Shown in pieces: positions 1-11,172 of a stretch of 64,000 bases of DNA. Source of the stretch: Neodothiora populina (taxonomy: Eukaryota); contig NW_027191407.1 of assembly GCF_041146345.1 (NCBI RefSeq), forward strand, positions 62,001-126,000, written 5' to 3'. Each line of letters begins with the position of its first letter. Position 1 is the stretch's first letter. Below the pieces are notes generated by a model. The model ran no database searches, was not told where the DNA came from, and worked only from the letters and a program-made list of their open reading frames with translations. The position numbers were made by a program, and so were the translations under genes.

Positions 1-630
1 GTGCTATAGGTCTCTTGAACATGTTTTTCTGCCTACCAGCGTCCGGGAAAGGGCGATCTTAGCAGGTCAAGAGGTCATGGCGAAGCGACGATTTCTCTGT
101 GCTTTTAGACATAAGTATTCCTAACACGTTACAATAAGCTAGGCTTGATCTGAAACATACTCTATAGTGTTCTCTACCGTTAAGCCTGCTTGACGACCTC
201 CAAGTAGACTTTACGCTAACAAATGTTCTATAAGATAAGGTTGCAAGGGTACAAAGCGGGCTGACATGAATTTGCAGGACAAGGCTGCGGCGATAATATC
301 ACAGAAGCTGGAAAACAACTGGCAGGATAAACAGCAGACTGCTTGTCAGACCCGCTGATAAGCGGCATACTGGCGCCGCGGGCCGTTTGTAATCCGTCTC
401 CGCTGTCGCGCAAGTCTGCCTCCCGGACTCAGCTGCTCGTGCCATATTGCGCAAAGGTCTTGTACGTCAAGGCCCGGACCCTCCTGGACGCAAGACGACA
501 ACTTGCTGCAAGTGTTGTCACTGTTACAAAAGCATTGCTACAAAAATTGAAGGGGCACCTGTGTAATCGTAAGCTTTCCGGAAACTGGACAGTCGCCGAT
601 AACTTATCTTCGAATGCTTCTGTTTACAGA

Positions 631-1473
631 ATGTCCTTAGAGAAATTGGAGTCTAGAATGGTTCTGAGTGGTGAAATCGGTCAGGCCCTTTTTCACGTCT
701 CTCTGAATCCAGAAGCCTCAGAAACAATCTGTTTCATTCACGGTCTGGGAGCCATGCACATGGAATGGAGGGATGTCGTTGCAAACATCAAAAATTACCA
801 TATCATCATGGTTGACATCAACGGTCACGGGGAGTCGTCACACTTCCAGCCATACACCATTCAAAGCGCGGTCACCAACGTAGCGGCGACGATAAGCAAA
901 CATGCGCGTGGAGGCTCGGCTCACGTTGTCGGTCTCTCGATCGGCGGTTTTATTACATTGGAGCTTACCCAACGATTTCCCACGCTGGTCAACAGCTCAT
1001 TTGTATCGGGTGCTACGCTTCCAAAAGGTCTGCGTAGATTCTTTTTCACACGGCCGACTTTGCTTTGGGCGGTCGATGCTTTGCAACTATCCCTGCCCAA
1101 ATCAGTCTATTGGTGGATATCTGAGATGCAAGGACTACGCAAACATGAAGAATTGTATGAACACGCAAAGACAAATAGGAAATGGGAGGTGTTTCGGGAT
1201 ATGTTACTTAGCGTGGAGAAGGTAAGCGAAGATGGCATGCGGCGCATCACCACGCGCACGTTGGTCGTAGTCGGAGGAAAGATGGATGCCGTGGAAGGGG
1301 CAAGAAATATGGCTCTGCTCCTGGGCGCAGATTGTGATGGATCTTGTAAGGCCTACGTCGTAAAGCACGCAGTGCATGCATGGAATTTACAGTACCCAGA
1401 ACTATTTGCGGAGGGCGTAATAGCATGGGTGGAGGAAGCTGCATTACCAGCAGGCTATGAGCAACTATCATAG
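631..1473 (+). CDS. Alpha/beta-hydrolase fold protein
   Basis: FIHGLG oxyanion motif, D-x-x-GHGES, nucleophile elbow GLSIGG, GGKMD acid and HAWN His. ATG at 631 (or 658) preferred over the non-ATG ORF start at 343. Confidence 0.85.
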   Translation: MSLEKLESRMVLSGEIGQALFHVSLNPEASETICFIHGLGAMHMEWRDVVANIKNYHIIMVDINGHGESSHFQPYTIQSAVTNVAATISKHARGGSAHVVGLSIGGFITLELTQRFPTLVNSSFVSGATLPKGLRRFFFTRPTLLWAVDALQLSLPKSVYWWISEMQGLRKHEELYEHAKTNRKWEVFRDMLLSVEKVSEDGMRRITTRTLVVVGGKMDAVEGARNMALLLGADCDGSCKAYVVKHAVHAWNLQYPELFAEGVIAWVEEAALPAGYEQLS

Positions 1474-1644
1474 ATCGATCGACACTTTGTGGGGACCAAT
1501 AGCGAGTGGTCTTCGAGCAGTTTTGATTTCAGCGAAAAGCGCCGGGCAGGGATACCTCAATCATTCTCGGAGCAGCACATGATCAAGTCTGCGGGGCAAG
1601 CTGTACAAAAGTTGTATACGTCCCACAAACTCGACCTCGATATA

Positions 1645-1664
1645 TGTTATGTTATGTTATGTTA
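1645..1664. repeat. (TGTTA)4 microsatellite
   Basis: Seen directly in the intergenic sequence. Confidence 0.8.
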
Positions 1665-2101
1665 TTCAATCTAGCTATGCACAGATCTGACGTAGTCATT
1701 GACCTTACACTATACTCTCGTTGCTTCCCTAGACTCAAATTCGCCCCCAAGTCAGGTTTGTTACGAGTGTGACAGGGATAGTCACTCGGTGAGAGCACTA
1801 TTAGAGATGTTGTTCAACTTGCGCGTGAGCCGCAAATATGCGCGTAAATTTACTCTCAAAAAACGTTATCGTGGCCCTGACCACCACCAGATTCGGCCGC
1901 CATCCGTGTCCGTCGACCGGCTTTCCCGTTTCATTGACTTACTGCCAGGTTAAATGGCAAAACTTCGGCTATCATTCGATGATATCAGCGCAGCCAACCC
2001 AAGTGTTAAAGCTGAACAATTCATATACCAGGACTCCCTTCCGCGCTACAGTAAGTCATTCGGAACGCCCTCTTTCGAACAGAAGGAGTGATTATCTAGA
2101 A

Positions 2102-2760
2102 ATGGCGTCAAGACGTATCACTTCGGTAGCTAGCAGGGTTGGTCTGGCCTCATCGTGGCGAGCGGCTTTCACCGCACGCACTTCGCCCTTTCGTATTGCA
2201 TCAAGTCGCGTTACATCCTCTTCTCCAAGTAGCAGCTTGCGCGTCGGTGGTTCGCAGATCAGATGGCACACTACTGCTGGTACGAAGTCTAAGGTCTACA
2301 ATTTCGAGGACGTGAGTGATGGAAGCACGACTGATGCAATTGGAACTTCAAGACTTATCAATAACAGGTCAAATCACTAAGTGATGCGCCTGATTCAAGC
2401 AAAGTTTTGATCGGTCAGCGAAAAGAAGCTTGAATACAGACGGGTATCACCGTGGTATCACTAACTAGTCACATAGATGTCCGCGAACCAGCCGAGTTCG
2501 AAGCGGGCTATATTCCAGGAGCCATCAACATCCCCGTGAGCTCCGCGCCAGATGCCATGTTTATGCCAGCCGACGAATTCGAGGACAAATTCGGGTTTCC
2601 CAAGCCGAAAGCCGACCAGGAGCTGGTCTTTTATTGCAAAGCAGGTGTAAGGAGCAGCGCTGCTGCTCAATTGGCTCAGCAGATTGGTTATCACAATGTG
2701 TCCGAGTACCGAGGGAGCTGGCTAGATTGGCAGAAGAACGGAGGCAAGACGGAGAAATAA
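2102..2760 (+). CDS. Mitochondrial single-domain rhodanese (thiosulfate sulfurtransferase, Rdl2-like); 3 exons
   Basis: Arg/Ser-rich presequence; introns 2312-2367 and ~2414-2476 restore LIDVREP; GYIPGAINIP, FYCKAGVRS active-site loop, YRGSWLDW. Confidence 0.9.
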
Positions 2761-2912
2761 ATACCAGCATCACGGAAACATTTTTCGTGTTCTAATCGAC
2801 TGGGCATGAGAGTATGATCGAGAACCCTGATGAGACGCTACAAAACATCGTCCTATATTCCCGCCCGCAGCGTATAGTGGCACCTGATAACTCCAGTGGT
2901 GGTGCGGCCCTA

Positions 2913-3660
2913 TTACTTCAGAACATTCCTGACCGCAGTCTCCATCCAGAGCTTTGTGTACTGTCTGTGTAAGAACTCGATGAAAGGCGGCATTGGCTTT
3001 CCCTCTGCTTTGCCCAGTCCTTGATAGAAGCAGCTCTTGAGTTGGAACTCAGCCACGCCTTCGTCCTTGTTGACCTCTGCGCGCATCTCGAATAGTCCGT
3101 CACTGGGTCGAACAGACTTGTCCAAGGGCGAAGCGCCGCAGCGCACGATAATTGACTCAGGGGTGTGGGCGATGACTTCGAAGTGGTCGGTGATTTCCAT
3201 ACCGACGGGGTAGTTGGACTCTTGAAGGTCCTTTGTGTCCCAGACCTGATGAGCAGTCTTGGGGTTGCTACGGTACTTCTTTTCTAGGTAGTGGCGCTGG
3301 TATGCGTAGCCTGTAATGTGTCAGACCATGCGAGAAGAGCTTCTGCGATTGTGCAGCAAGGTAAGATTAAAAGGACTGACCCCAGCCTCCCCAAACACCG
3401 GCGCAGAACTTCTCGGCCAGCTTTCCCTCATTCTCCAGATACTCGGGCTTGATCTTGCTCAACGGCACCTTCTTGACGCAGACATCAAACAAAGGAGGGT
3501 TGTTGTCGGGATTGAAGCGTGCAAACCAGGTGCTTCCTAACAGGGAATCGTTGGCTGATACCGGCACGAACTTGGAGCCGCGGGTCAAGAACGCCCACGT
3601 TCCTGCTGCTCCCACAGTGCTGTAGCCAGTCAAGGCAAGAAAGGTCCTGATGACGCCCAT
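2913..3660 (-). CDS. Conserved fungal hypothetical protein; 2 exons
   Basis: ATG at 3660, hydrophobic N-terminus; an intron at ~3312-3379 joins the two ORF-track fragments (...FCAGVWGGWG / ...HFEVIAHTPESIIVRCG...YTKLWMETAV). Confidence 0.7.
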
Positions 3661-4374
3661 TGGGGATGTATGTGCTGAATCTGATACCGTGAGATATTGA
3701 ATTGAATTAATAGAGTCCCCAAATTCACAGAGAGCTTTCAATCCTCACGCGACGCTGCTGTTTTTCGGTCCGGGATGACGTCGGTCGCTGATAGTCCGAA
3801 ACAAAAGCCGTACCGTAGCATCCAGGTTAAGGTTGTCTCGGTATCTTAATCCGAGGCTCTCAGCGCGCATCTTCGTTTCACATGGTTCAGTCTATTACAT
3901 CCGTGCTGGCGGTCTATGTACTTTTACATGATTAGGATGAATTGATCTGTAGGCGCTTCTCACAGGTTTCATGACCGTGCAAGTTCAACAACGTTGAAGT
4001 AAAGATAACCTGGCGACATCAGTCGCTCGTACGGTAGTTCGTGCCGAGTCCGTGGCTCGAATTGGTTGTTGCCAACAGAGAGAGCCCCGGCCTTGACATG
4101 GCCTTCCTGTGATCATCTTGCCAACTCCGATTGCGGTCGGCGATCTTTTCCCAGTAGTCTAATAAAGCGTCGAGACTTTGTGCTCGGCAGCGATGAATTC
4201 ACATCAGGTTGTCAGCAAGGCCTCATTCGACTCTGAAGCCCGTGAGTCAAGCTTCGAGGAAACTGGCTTCAGCTTGGCCCTGGTCGACATTCGCCAATGG
4301 CATCGTTCGTGGCTCCCGTCTCTGTGTATCATCATGGTTCGTCATCATTATAGAGGCATGTAATTGGACTGTGA

Positions 4375-5484
4375 TCAGTCTCTCCAGTTGATCAATGGCT
4401 CGTCCGTCCTGAATCTCTGGGTGCAAGTGCTGTCCTCCAAGGCGGTTTCGAAACCCATTCGCCAGGCGAGCAGACCTGCGTGGGCGATCATGATACCGTT
4501 GTCAATGCAGAATCGTTCATCAGTGGCGTAGACGCTTCCTCCTCGTTCACTTGCCATCGTTCCCATCATGTCTTGTAGACGCACGTTGCAGCCGACGCCG
4601 CCGACAATGAGAACCTGACTGGCACCGACGTGGGCCATGGCGCGCTCCGTGATCTCGACCAGCATGGCGTAGACGGTTTCTTGAAGCGAGAAGCACAAAT
4701 CTTCCCTCGTGATGAGTTCTCCTGTCGCTTCGTCTCTCCAGGGCTCCACCGTGCCTTTCGCTCCCGCCTCCAATCTCTTCGCCATCTCTTCCACTCTGGC
4801 CAATATACCGGAAAAACTGACATCCATGCCTTTCACGGCATAAGGCAGGTCGAGCAGGACCTTGCCTTTCTTTGCCATCTGCTCAATGTTGTAGCCCGGA
4901 GCCGGATCGTTGCTTATAGCCAGCGCCCTGGCGAATCTGTCCAGGCAATTGCCGACGGCAATGTCCAGAGCTTCGCCGAAGATGCGATATCTCTGGGCGC
5001 TGTATGCGATGATCTGCGTGTTTCCTCCAGAGACATAGAGCACAACAGGGTTGTCCGCCCCCGTGATTGCGCGACCCATCTCGATGTGGCCGACACAGTG
5101 GTTGACGCCTACCAGAGGCTTATCCCAGAGCAGGGAGAGCATGCGCGCCGCGATGGCTGCCGCACCCAAGGGCGCGCCCATACCCGGGCCTTTGGTGAAG
5201 CATATGCAGTCGATATCTTCGATGCTCACGCCTGCCTGCTTGACGGCCTGCTTGACCAAGCGCACGACCCATCGTCGGTGGTGAGCCGCCGTGTCTTTGG
5301 GCAGGAAGCCAGTGCCGGGCGGGGAGTTGTAGGTGTGGCGCAGGTTAGAGAGGATGCGCACTGGTGGACTGGAGTGCTTCGGTTGCTGTGTAGGGCTGTC
5401 GTGGTAAGAAGGAGGAGAAGGGTGGAGGATGACTCCCACGCCCAGCTTGTTGGCGGAGCCTTCGAGTCCTATTGCGATAGGCAT
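4375..5484 (-). CDS. KAE1: tRNA N6-adenosine threonylcarbamoyltransferase (KEOPS subunit)
   Basis: [46 protein letters not shown] motifs; single exon. Confidence 0.97.
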   Translation of the reverse strand: MPIAIGLEGSANKLGVGVILHPSPPSYHDSPTQQPKHSSPPVRILSNLRHTYNSPPGTGFLPKDTAAHHRRWVVRLVKQAVKQAGVSIEDIDCICFTKGPGMGAPLGAAAIAARMLSLLWDKPLVGVNHCVGHIEMGRAITGADNPVVLYVSGGNTQIIAYSAQRYRIFGEALDIAVGNCLDRFARALAISNDPAPGYNIEQMAKKGKVLLDLPYAVKGMDVSFSGILARVEEMAKRLEAGAKGTVEPWRDEATGELITREDLCFSLQETVYAMLVEITERAMAHVGASQVLIVGGVGCNVRLQDMMGTMASERGGSVYATDERFCIDNGIMIAHAGLLAWRMGFETALEDSTCTQRFRTDEPLINWRD

Positions 5485-5661
5485 GCTGTTGTGTACCTAA
5501 CCTTGCTTGAAGAAAAAGACGAGATTACTGTTACTGCAGCGTCATTGTAGCGAGTCATAATGTCCGTGCACATGACATGAATGGGTCAATGCGTCTGCGC
5601 GTGCCGGGCGGATCGTTCTCCGGCTCTAACTTTGTACTCAAGGTAAGATGCCTTATACTGT

Positions 5662-5708
5662 ACGCGCTTACGCGCACCGCGAAGCACCTTGATACAGCGA
5701 CAACGCGT
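5662..5708. promoter_or_regulatory. Cluster of MCB/SCB-like elements in the KAE1/NSE3 divergent promoter
   Basis: ACGCG at 5662 and 5670, CGCGAA at 5678, ACGCGT at 5703. Confidence 0.4.
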
Positions 5709-5804
5709 ATCCCCCGATTCTCACTGCCTGCTCTGCATCATACTTGCTCGCATATGCCGAATCCTCCACGACCGTAATGTGATACAGCACAACCACGGCG
5801 AAGC

Positions 5805-6908
5805 ATGCCTCTGGTACGAAAGCGGCGCGTGGTACGAGTGCACTCCAACTGCCATTGTTTATTCCTGAAGGATCACTGAATGAACATCCAGGCCGATGCG
5901 GAAGACTACGACGACTCGGAGGTAGCACAAGGGCTATCACAGCCGCAGCAACAGCGTAGAAGATATTCAGATACACCGGACGACGCGCTGATCACGCAGG
6001 CGGTCGGGAATGCGACTCAGGGTAGTGCTGGACATGTAGATCAACAGATGGTCAAGAAGTTGGTCAGACTGGCTCTGGCTTGCGAGTATTCGAGGACGCC
6101 GATTCGAAGGTCCGACGTTAACGCTAAAGGTGTGTATATATACTATACCCTCGAATATACGGGAGGACTCATGGACTTATGGACTTCAAATATAGTTCTC
6201 GGACCTCAGACACGACAGTTCAAGAATGTCTTTAGCGCTGCTCAGCTACAGCTGCGCGCCGTCTTTGGTATGGAAATGACTGAGCTGCCATTGCGAGAAA
6301 AGGTCACATTAGCACAGCGTCGAGGTACGTTGACCGTCATGTACTAGCTCATACAGACGAAGATTGACAAGGCTATTTTAGCGGCGCAAAAATCACAGTC
6401 TGTTCAAAAGACAAGCAGTGCTTGGATACTGACAACAGTACTCCCGTCACGATTTCGTCTTGCAGACATAGTGTCCCCACCTCAAGTACCCACTGCCGAA
6501 GCCGAGTCTCAGTACTGTGCGCTATACACGTTTGTTATATCGCTCATTTTCCTCTCTGGCGGCACACTGCCGGACGGCAAGCTTGATCGCTACTTAAAGC
6601 GTGTCAATGTGGACGAGACGACGCCATTCACGGGAGCAGTAGCCTTTAACGGCATGGACAAGACGGAGAAGTTACTGAAGCGGATGGAAAAGGATGGCTA
6701 CGTCGTCAGAATCCGTGATACGTCAACCGGCGAGGAGATTATAGAATGGATAGTGGGACCTCGGGGCAAGGTGGAGGTCGGAGAGAGAGGTGTGACAGGA
6801 GTCGTCAAGAAGGTGTATGGTGGCCTAGAGGAGGACGAGGCGGCTGATCTCGACAGGAGAGTGAACAGGAGTCTGGGCCTGAGGGAAACCATGACACAAG
6901 CTGCCTGA
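5805..6908 (+). CDS. NSE3: MAGE-domain Smc5/6 complex subunit; 4 exons
   Basis: MPLVRKRRV first exon; MVKKLVRLALACEYSRTPIRR, LRAVFGMEMTELP, MEKDGYV and EWIVGPRGKVEVG motifs of fungal Nse3; GT-AG introns. Confidence 0.88.
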
Positions 6909-7795
6909 TTGAGATGCTACACGAACAATCCATGATGTCCCATACGATAAATGACACACAATGTCTCTGAGAAGCAAGCAGCATGTCAACAGGCGCATCT
7001 GCAGCACCCGCAAGCAGCAAAAGAAAATAGTCCCATCATTGTCTCGTGACTGCTTGTCTCGAGCATGTCGGAGGAATGCAAATGGTTACGGGACCTTGGA
7101 GATTGCTTCGCATCCTGCGACCCGCAACACTAAGAAACCCAAGACAGATACATTCCAGGTCACATTGTCGGTCTCAGGAATGCAAGCGTCTAAAAAGACT
7201 AGTACGGGTGCGTATTGCAATGTTCCGTCGAGTATCGTCACACCTCAAGATCAGCTAAGCAGACTGGGCTGACGAAGCCCGAGAGATCAGAGACAATATG
7301 CGATGCCGATGATATGTGATGATAACTTGATTGTGGTCATGTAGGGAATCACGCACTAAGCTGCATTAGCATAGTGATGAATACATTTTCCACCACTCAG
7401 CTTACGCCAGCACATAAGTAATTACGGAGCAGTCATAGACCAAGCACAGTTTGGCGCTTGCTTCTGTACACTTGTAGCGAGGCCGGACGCCTTGCACGAT
7501 TTTGGTTTAACCTCACAGGTGCTCCATGGTGCCGCTGTTCTCAATCGGCAACATGTGGAGCGCCACTCTGCCACCACTGCAACCAAATATCGCCCCATTC
7601 TCTAGCTGATATACACCTGTTATTAATAGGTCTTGCTGGTGACACCTTTTACATGTATCGTTCAGGCCTTCGTCCAACCTTCTCACGTTCCTATGTTGGA
7701 GACACATTCCGCCATCATCATCAAGGACCCGACGATATCCCCGTATAGCCATCTCGAGCTAAACAGGCGATAGCGACAGCGTAAACGACAATCAC

Positions 7796-8863
7796 ATGAT
7801 GGGAATGACAACCGCTCAGTCACTACCTCCGCCCGGCAACCGCGATGGCTTCCAAATTGCCATTATCTGCGCTCTGCCGGAGGAACGTGATGCAGTCGAG
7901 AATGTAATGACAAGAGACTATAAGGAAGACGACAAGCGCACATATGGCAAGGCGAAGAATGATGACAACCACTACGTCCTTGGCGAACTGGGTGGAAAGC
8001 CTGTTGTGGTGGTGACACCGAGGAATATGGGTACGATCAATACTAGTCATCTTGCGAAGGATATGCATCATAGTTTTCCCAATATTACTTACGCCCTGGT
8101 GGTCGGGATTGCTGGTGGCGCGCCACTTAAGTACGAAAGGGGACTATGGAAGCACTCTGACATCCAACTTGGGGATGTCGTGATAAGCACGCAAGTCATT
8201 GGCTACGACTTTGGCGCCATGTACGACAATGATTTCAAGATAAAGACTGCCGTTGAAAATAGCTTACCACGAGTTCCTGCAAACGTTGCAAATTTCACGA
8301 ACATTTTACTGACGCGAACAAGCAAAGCATATAATCGAATATTGAAGAAGACGAACCAAGATCTCACAGAATGGGGGCCGAAATATGCACGCCCTGAGCA
8401 AGGGACGGATCGTGTTTACGATTCGCATGACCGCCATAAGCACCAATGTTCGCACGAGTGTTCGATCTGCGACAAATGCTCAAACTGGTATCATGAAGTT
8501 TGCGAAGAGGCGCTGACAGCGCCGTGCGATCAGCTTGGCTGTATAGCTGAGCGTAGTAACATACTACGAGAGACAAGGATTCATCTTGGTCGTGTCGCTT
8601 CCGGCAATGCTATCATAAAGAGCGCTCATAGGAGAGATAAGCTCATCCAAGAGGAGAGGTGTATAGCATTTGAGATGGCGGCCGCTGGGACATGGGAAGT
8701 ATTCGGTACCATCGTCGTTAAGGGCATCGTGGACTACGCAGACAGTCACAAGAGCGAGGAGTGGCGTTCATATCCCGCGGCAAGAGCAGCATTGTGCGCA
8801 AAAGCACTCATCGAAGAGATTGAGCTCCCAGACGCTCCGCAGGGGCCTTATCTAGGTTGGTGA
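7796..8863 (+). CDS. Stand-alone PNP_UDP (nucleoside phosphorylase) domain protein of the fungal NLR-effector type
   Basis: FQIAIICALPEE, DDNHYVLG, ALVVGIAGG, IQLGDVVIS, ASGN, FEMAAAG and KGIVDYADSHK motifs, with a Cys/His-rich insert; uninterrupted 355-aa ORF. Confidence 0.9.
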   Translation: MMGMTTAQSLPPPGNRDGFQIAIICALPEERDAVENVMTRDYKEDDKRTYGKAKNDDNHYVLGELGGKPVVVVTPRNMGTINTSHLAKDMHHSFPNITYALVVGIAGGAPLKYERGLWKHSDIQLGDVVISTQVIGYDFGAMYDNDFKIKTAVENSLPRVPANVANFTNILLTRTSKAYNRILKKTNQDLTEWGPKYARPEQGTDRVYDSHDRHKHQCSHECSICDKCSNWYHEVCEEALTAPCDQLGCIAERSNILRETRIHLGRVASGNAIIKSAHRRDKLIQEERCIAFEMAAAGTWEVFGTIVVKGIVDYADSHKSEEWRSYPAARAALCAKALIEEIELPDAPQGPYLGW

Positions 8864-9182
8864 TCTCTCCAGACTTTGGTTCATTTGCCATGTTCCAGCC
8901 ACGCGAGCGACATCATGAGCGCCAACGGCAGTCTCAGATTGTGGATCTCAAGGACATGGATACGCACTTTAGACTACAACCATGCGATTACAGGATGAAC
9001 AAGTCATCGGCTTCAGCAAGGATGTATTTGCTCTTGTGTCTGTGGCCATCTGCGTCGTCTGCGTGTGAAGATACACATCTCGTCACCTGGACCTGCCATA
9101 TCATCTCAATTTGCTCAGATCGCTTCATACATCTTGCTGATAAGTCTTCTCCAAACCAGGGCACCAGTCTCTACAGACCACA

Positions 9183-10243
9183 ATGACTAGCACAGGTGCC
9201 GGTGCTCGGACCGTCAATGGTGGTCTAGGCATACAAAAAGATTCAATCATGATGGAGGATCAAATAGCACCCAGAACAATGCGGAGGCTATCTACATCAA
9301 TCATCTATCAGGTATGCGACGGCTGCATGATATATTGTATGGCACTAACAAGTATCTGTCCATGTAGCAAGAGCAGAGACACAGCCGTTGCCAATGTCTA
9401 CAGTACCATTCATCCGAGATGAGGAATTCACTCATCGATCAGAGCTAGATATATTGGAGCAGAAGCTTACAAGGTCCTCAACAAGGCTTACAAGGTCCTC
9501 AACAAGGGTCGCACTTTTTGGAATACGTGGCGTTGGGTAAGACATATCCTTAGTTGAGCATCTTATCGCCGCTAAATTTTCGAAGCAAATCGCAACTGGT
9601 TATCGAGTATGTATGGGTCCACGCAAGCAGTACAGCTCGTTTCGAAGAGGGTATACGAGAACTGGCCGAACCACTCAAAATGCCGGGACGAAACGACTCA
9701 AAGGCAGATATCTTTCAGCTTATTCAGAGCCGGCTCTGTAATGTCAGAAAGGGTCCATGATTGCTGATTTTAGATAATGCTGATGATGCCAAATACTTGT
9801 TTGAACCAGCTGCGAGAAATAAGGAAAAAGAACAAGACGATAGAAGAATGCCAGCTCCAAAAGCACTCATCCACTACCTGCCTATATGTGAACAAGGGTC
9901 GATAATCATGACAACGCGCAATCGCGAAATGGCATCACAAATGGGCAATTTAGCATCGATATATTTAACTCAAGGCAGGTAGAACGAAGCCGAGAAGCTA
10001 AATGTGCAAGTTATAGAGACGAGGAAGAGGGTGCTAGACCAAGAGCATCCTTCTACGCTGACCAGCATGGCTAACCTAGCGTTCACACATAAGGAGCAAG
10101 GGCGTCTTGTTACGGCATCCAATATGCTAAGGCAAGTCATCCAGCTTGCTTTAGCAGCTCGTGGTCGTGACTACTTAAAGATACCCATTTGGGAGTCTAC
10201 TCTTCATCTGTGGAGTCATCCTTCGCCAATTATAAACCCGTGA
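9183..10243 (+). pseudogene. Degenerate NLR (NB-ARC-TPR) gene
   Basis: Introns 9312-9367 and 9537-9585 give RAETQPLPMSTVPFIRDEEFTHR...RVALFGIRGVGKSQL (Walker A), WVHAS, LLILDNADD (Walker B), GSIIMTTR, then TPR units (EHPSTLTSMANLA). Lesions: frameshift at ~9235-9239, stops at 9758 and 9980, internal deletions. Confidence 0.88.
9466..9507. repeat. Perfect 21-bp tandem duplication (CTTACAAGGTCCTCAACAAGG x2)
   Basis: Seen directly; in frame, encodes LTRSSTR twice just before the P-loop. Confidence 0.9.
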
Positions 10244-10528
10244 GCAACACATCACTTGATGAGGAGTAGGGTATCTTGGTCTATCGGGTCACAGAGAAAA
10301 AGGGCAGAGATTATCTTCCCCCTGTACGTGATTCGTCGAATTCTTGCGGGAAAAGTCACAAGATAGACACCTCGAGGTCATCTCTACTCGGGGGCGGAGA
10401 CCGTCTCAATTCCATGCTAATTCAAAGCTTAGATCCAGGCAAATCATGGAGCAAGCTGAGACAAGCACTCGTCTGGGTACGGCTACCACCGGATGAAGGC
10501 TATTTTTGCAGCCTGCTCCAACAGGTCT

Positions 10529-11017
10529 GGAATGTCCTGGGAGAGACTGTCTGACAACACAGCTCATAGGGTATGCGTGTTTTGCTCTAGCATCCAGTCC
10601 CGTAATGCCTCGTGTTCCTACCATTACGTTCTTCACAAGCCGAATCGTCAGACTGATTGATTGATGGATTGATCTATCCTGCAAGCTATCCACGGGCTAT
10701 GCTACCCGTACGAGTAGTCCTGAGTCAACCTCACCGGTATGCCGCAAGCAGATCGGCTCCTGAACAACCCGGCCCCATCTCCCCCTGGCTTCTTGGCTTC
10801 TGTATCAAGCATCCCCTTTCGCACATGCGACTGTCTTAGGATTTCCCTATCCGTAGTTCTATTCCCTGAACGTCCACCTCAACTACATTCCATATTGAGT
10901 CCCGAAGATCATATCGCCGAATCCGGTTACACTTCACAATCGCAAGCTTAGTCATAGTGTCCCTTGTGAGCTTCATCGAGCCTCATTCCATACTTGAAGT
11001 TAGCCACATTTGGAATG
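10529..11017. promoter_or_regulatory. AbaA/TEA response elements (CATTCC) upstream of wetA
   Basis: CATTCC at 10886 and 10984; reverse-strand GGAATG at 10529 and 11012. Confidence 0.55.
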
Positions 11018-11172
11018 CGATGGCTGGCATGGCTTCGACCAATGACGGATCACAGCATATATACCTTGCGTCAAGGTACATGTTTGTTTACCTTTCTTCT
11101 TCATGTATCAGTGCAGCAAGGGAGAGAATTCCATCATTCAGCCATCATCCTCATTACCAATCACGTATTGTC

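Noticed and set aside
343..630. N-terminal ORF extensions of the hydrolase (343), wetA (10957), RRN11 (52616) and DUO1 (51086)
   Set aside because: They begin at non-ATG codons used by the ORF caller; downstream ATGs fit eukaryotic initiation better.
4630..5550. Long antisense ORFs over KAE1 (306 aa), and similar ones at 15569-16381, 46193-46921 and 48011-48682
   Set aside because: They shadow GC3-rich real genes on the opposite strand and show no recognisable motifs.
7513..7752. Small minus-strand ORF with a faint ankyrin-like stretch (LENGA...ALH) next to the PNP_UDP gene
   Set aside because: One weak partial match and no second repeat; not supportable without a profile search.
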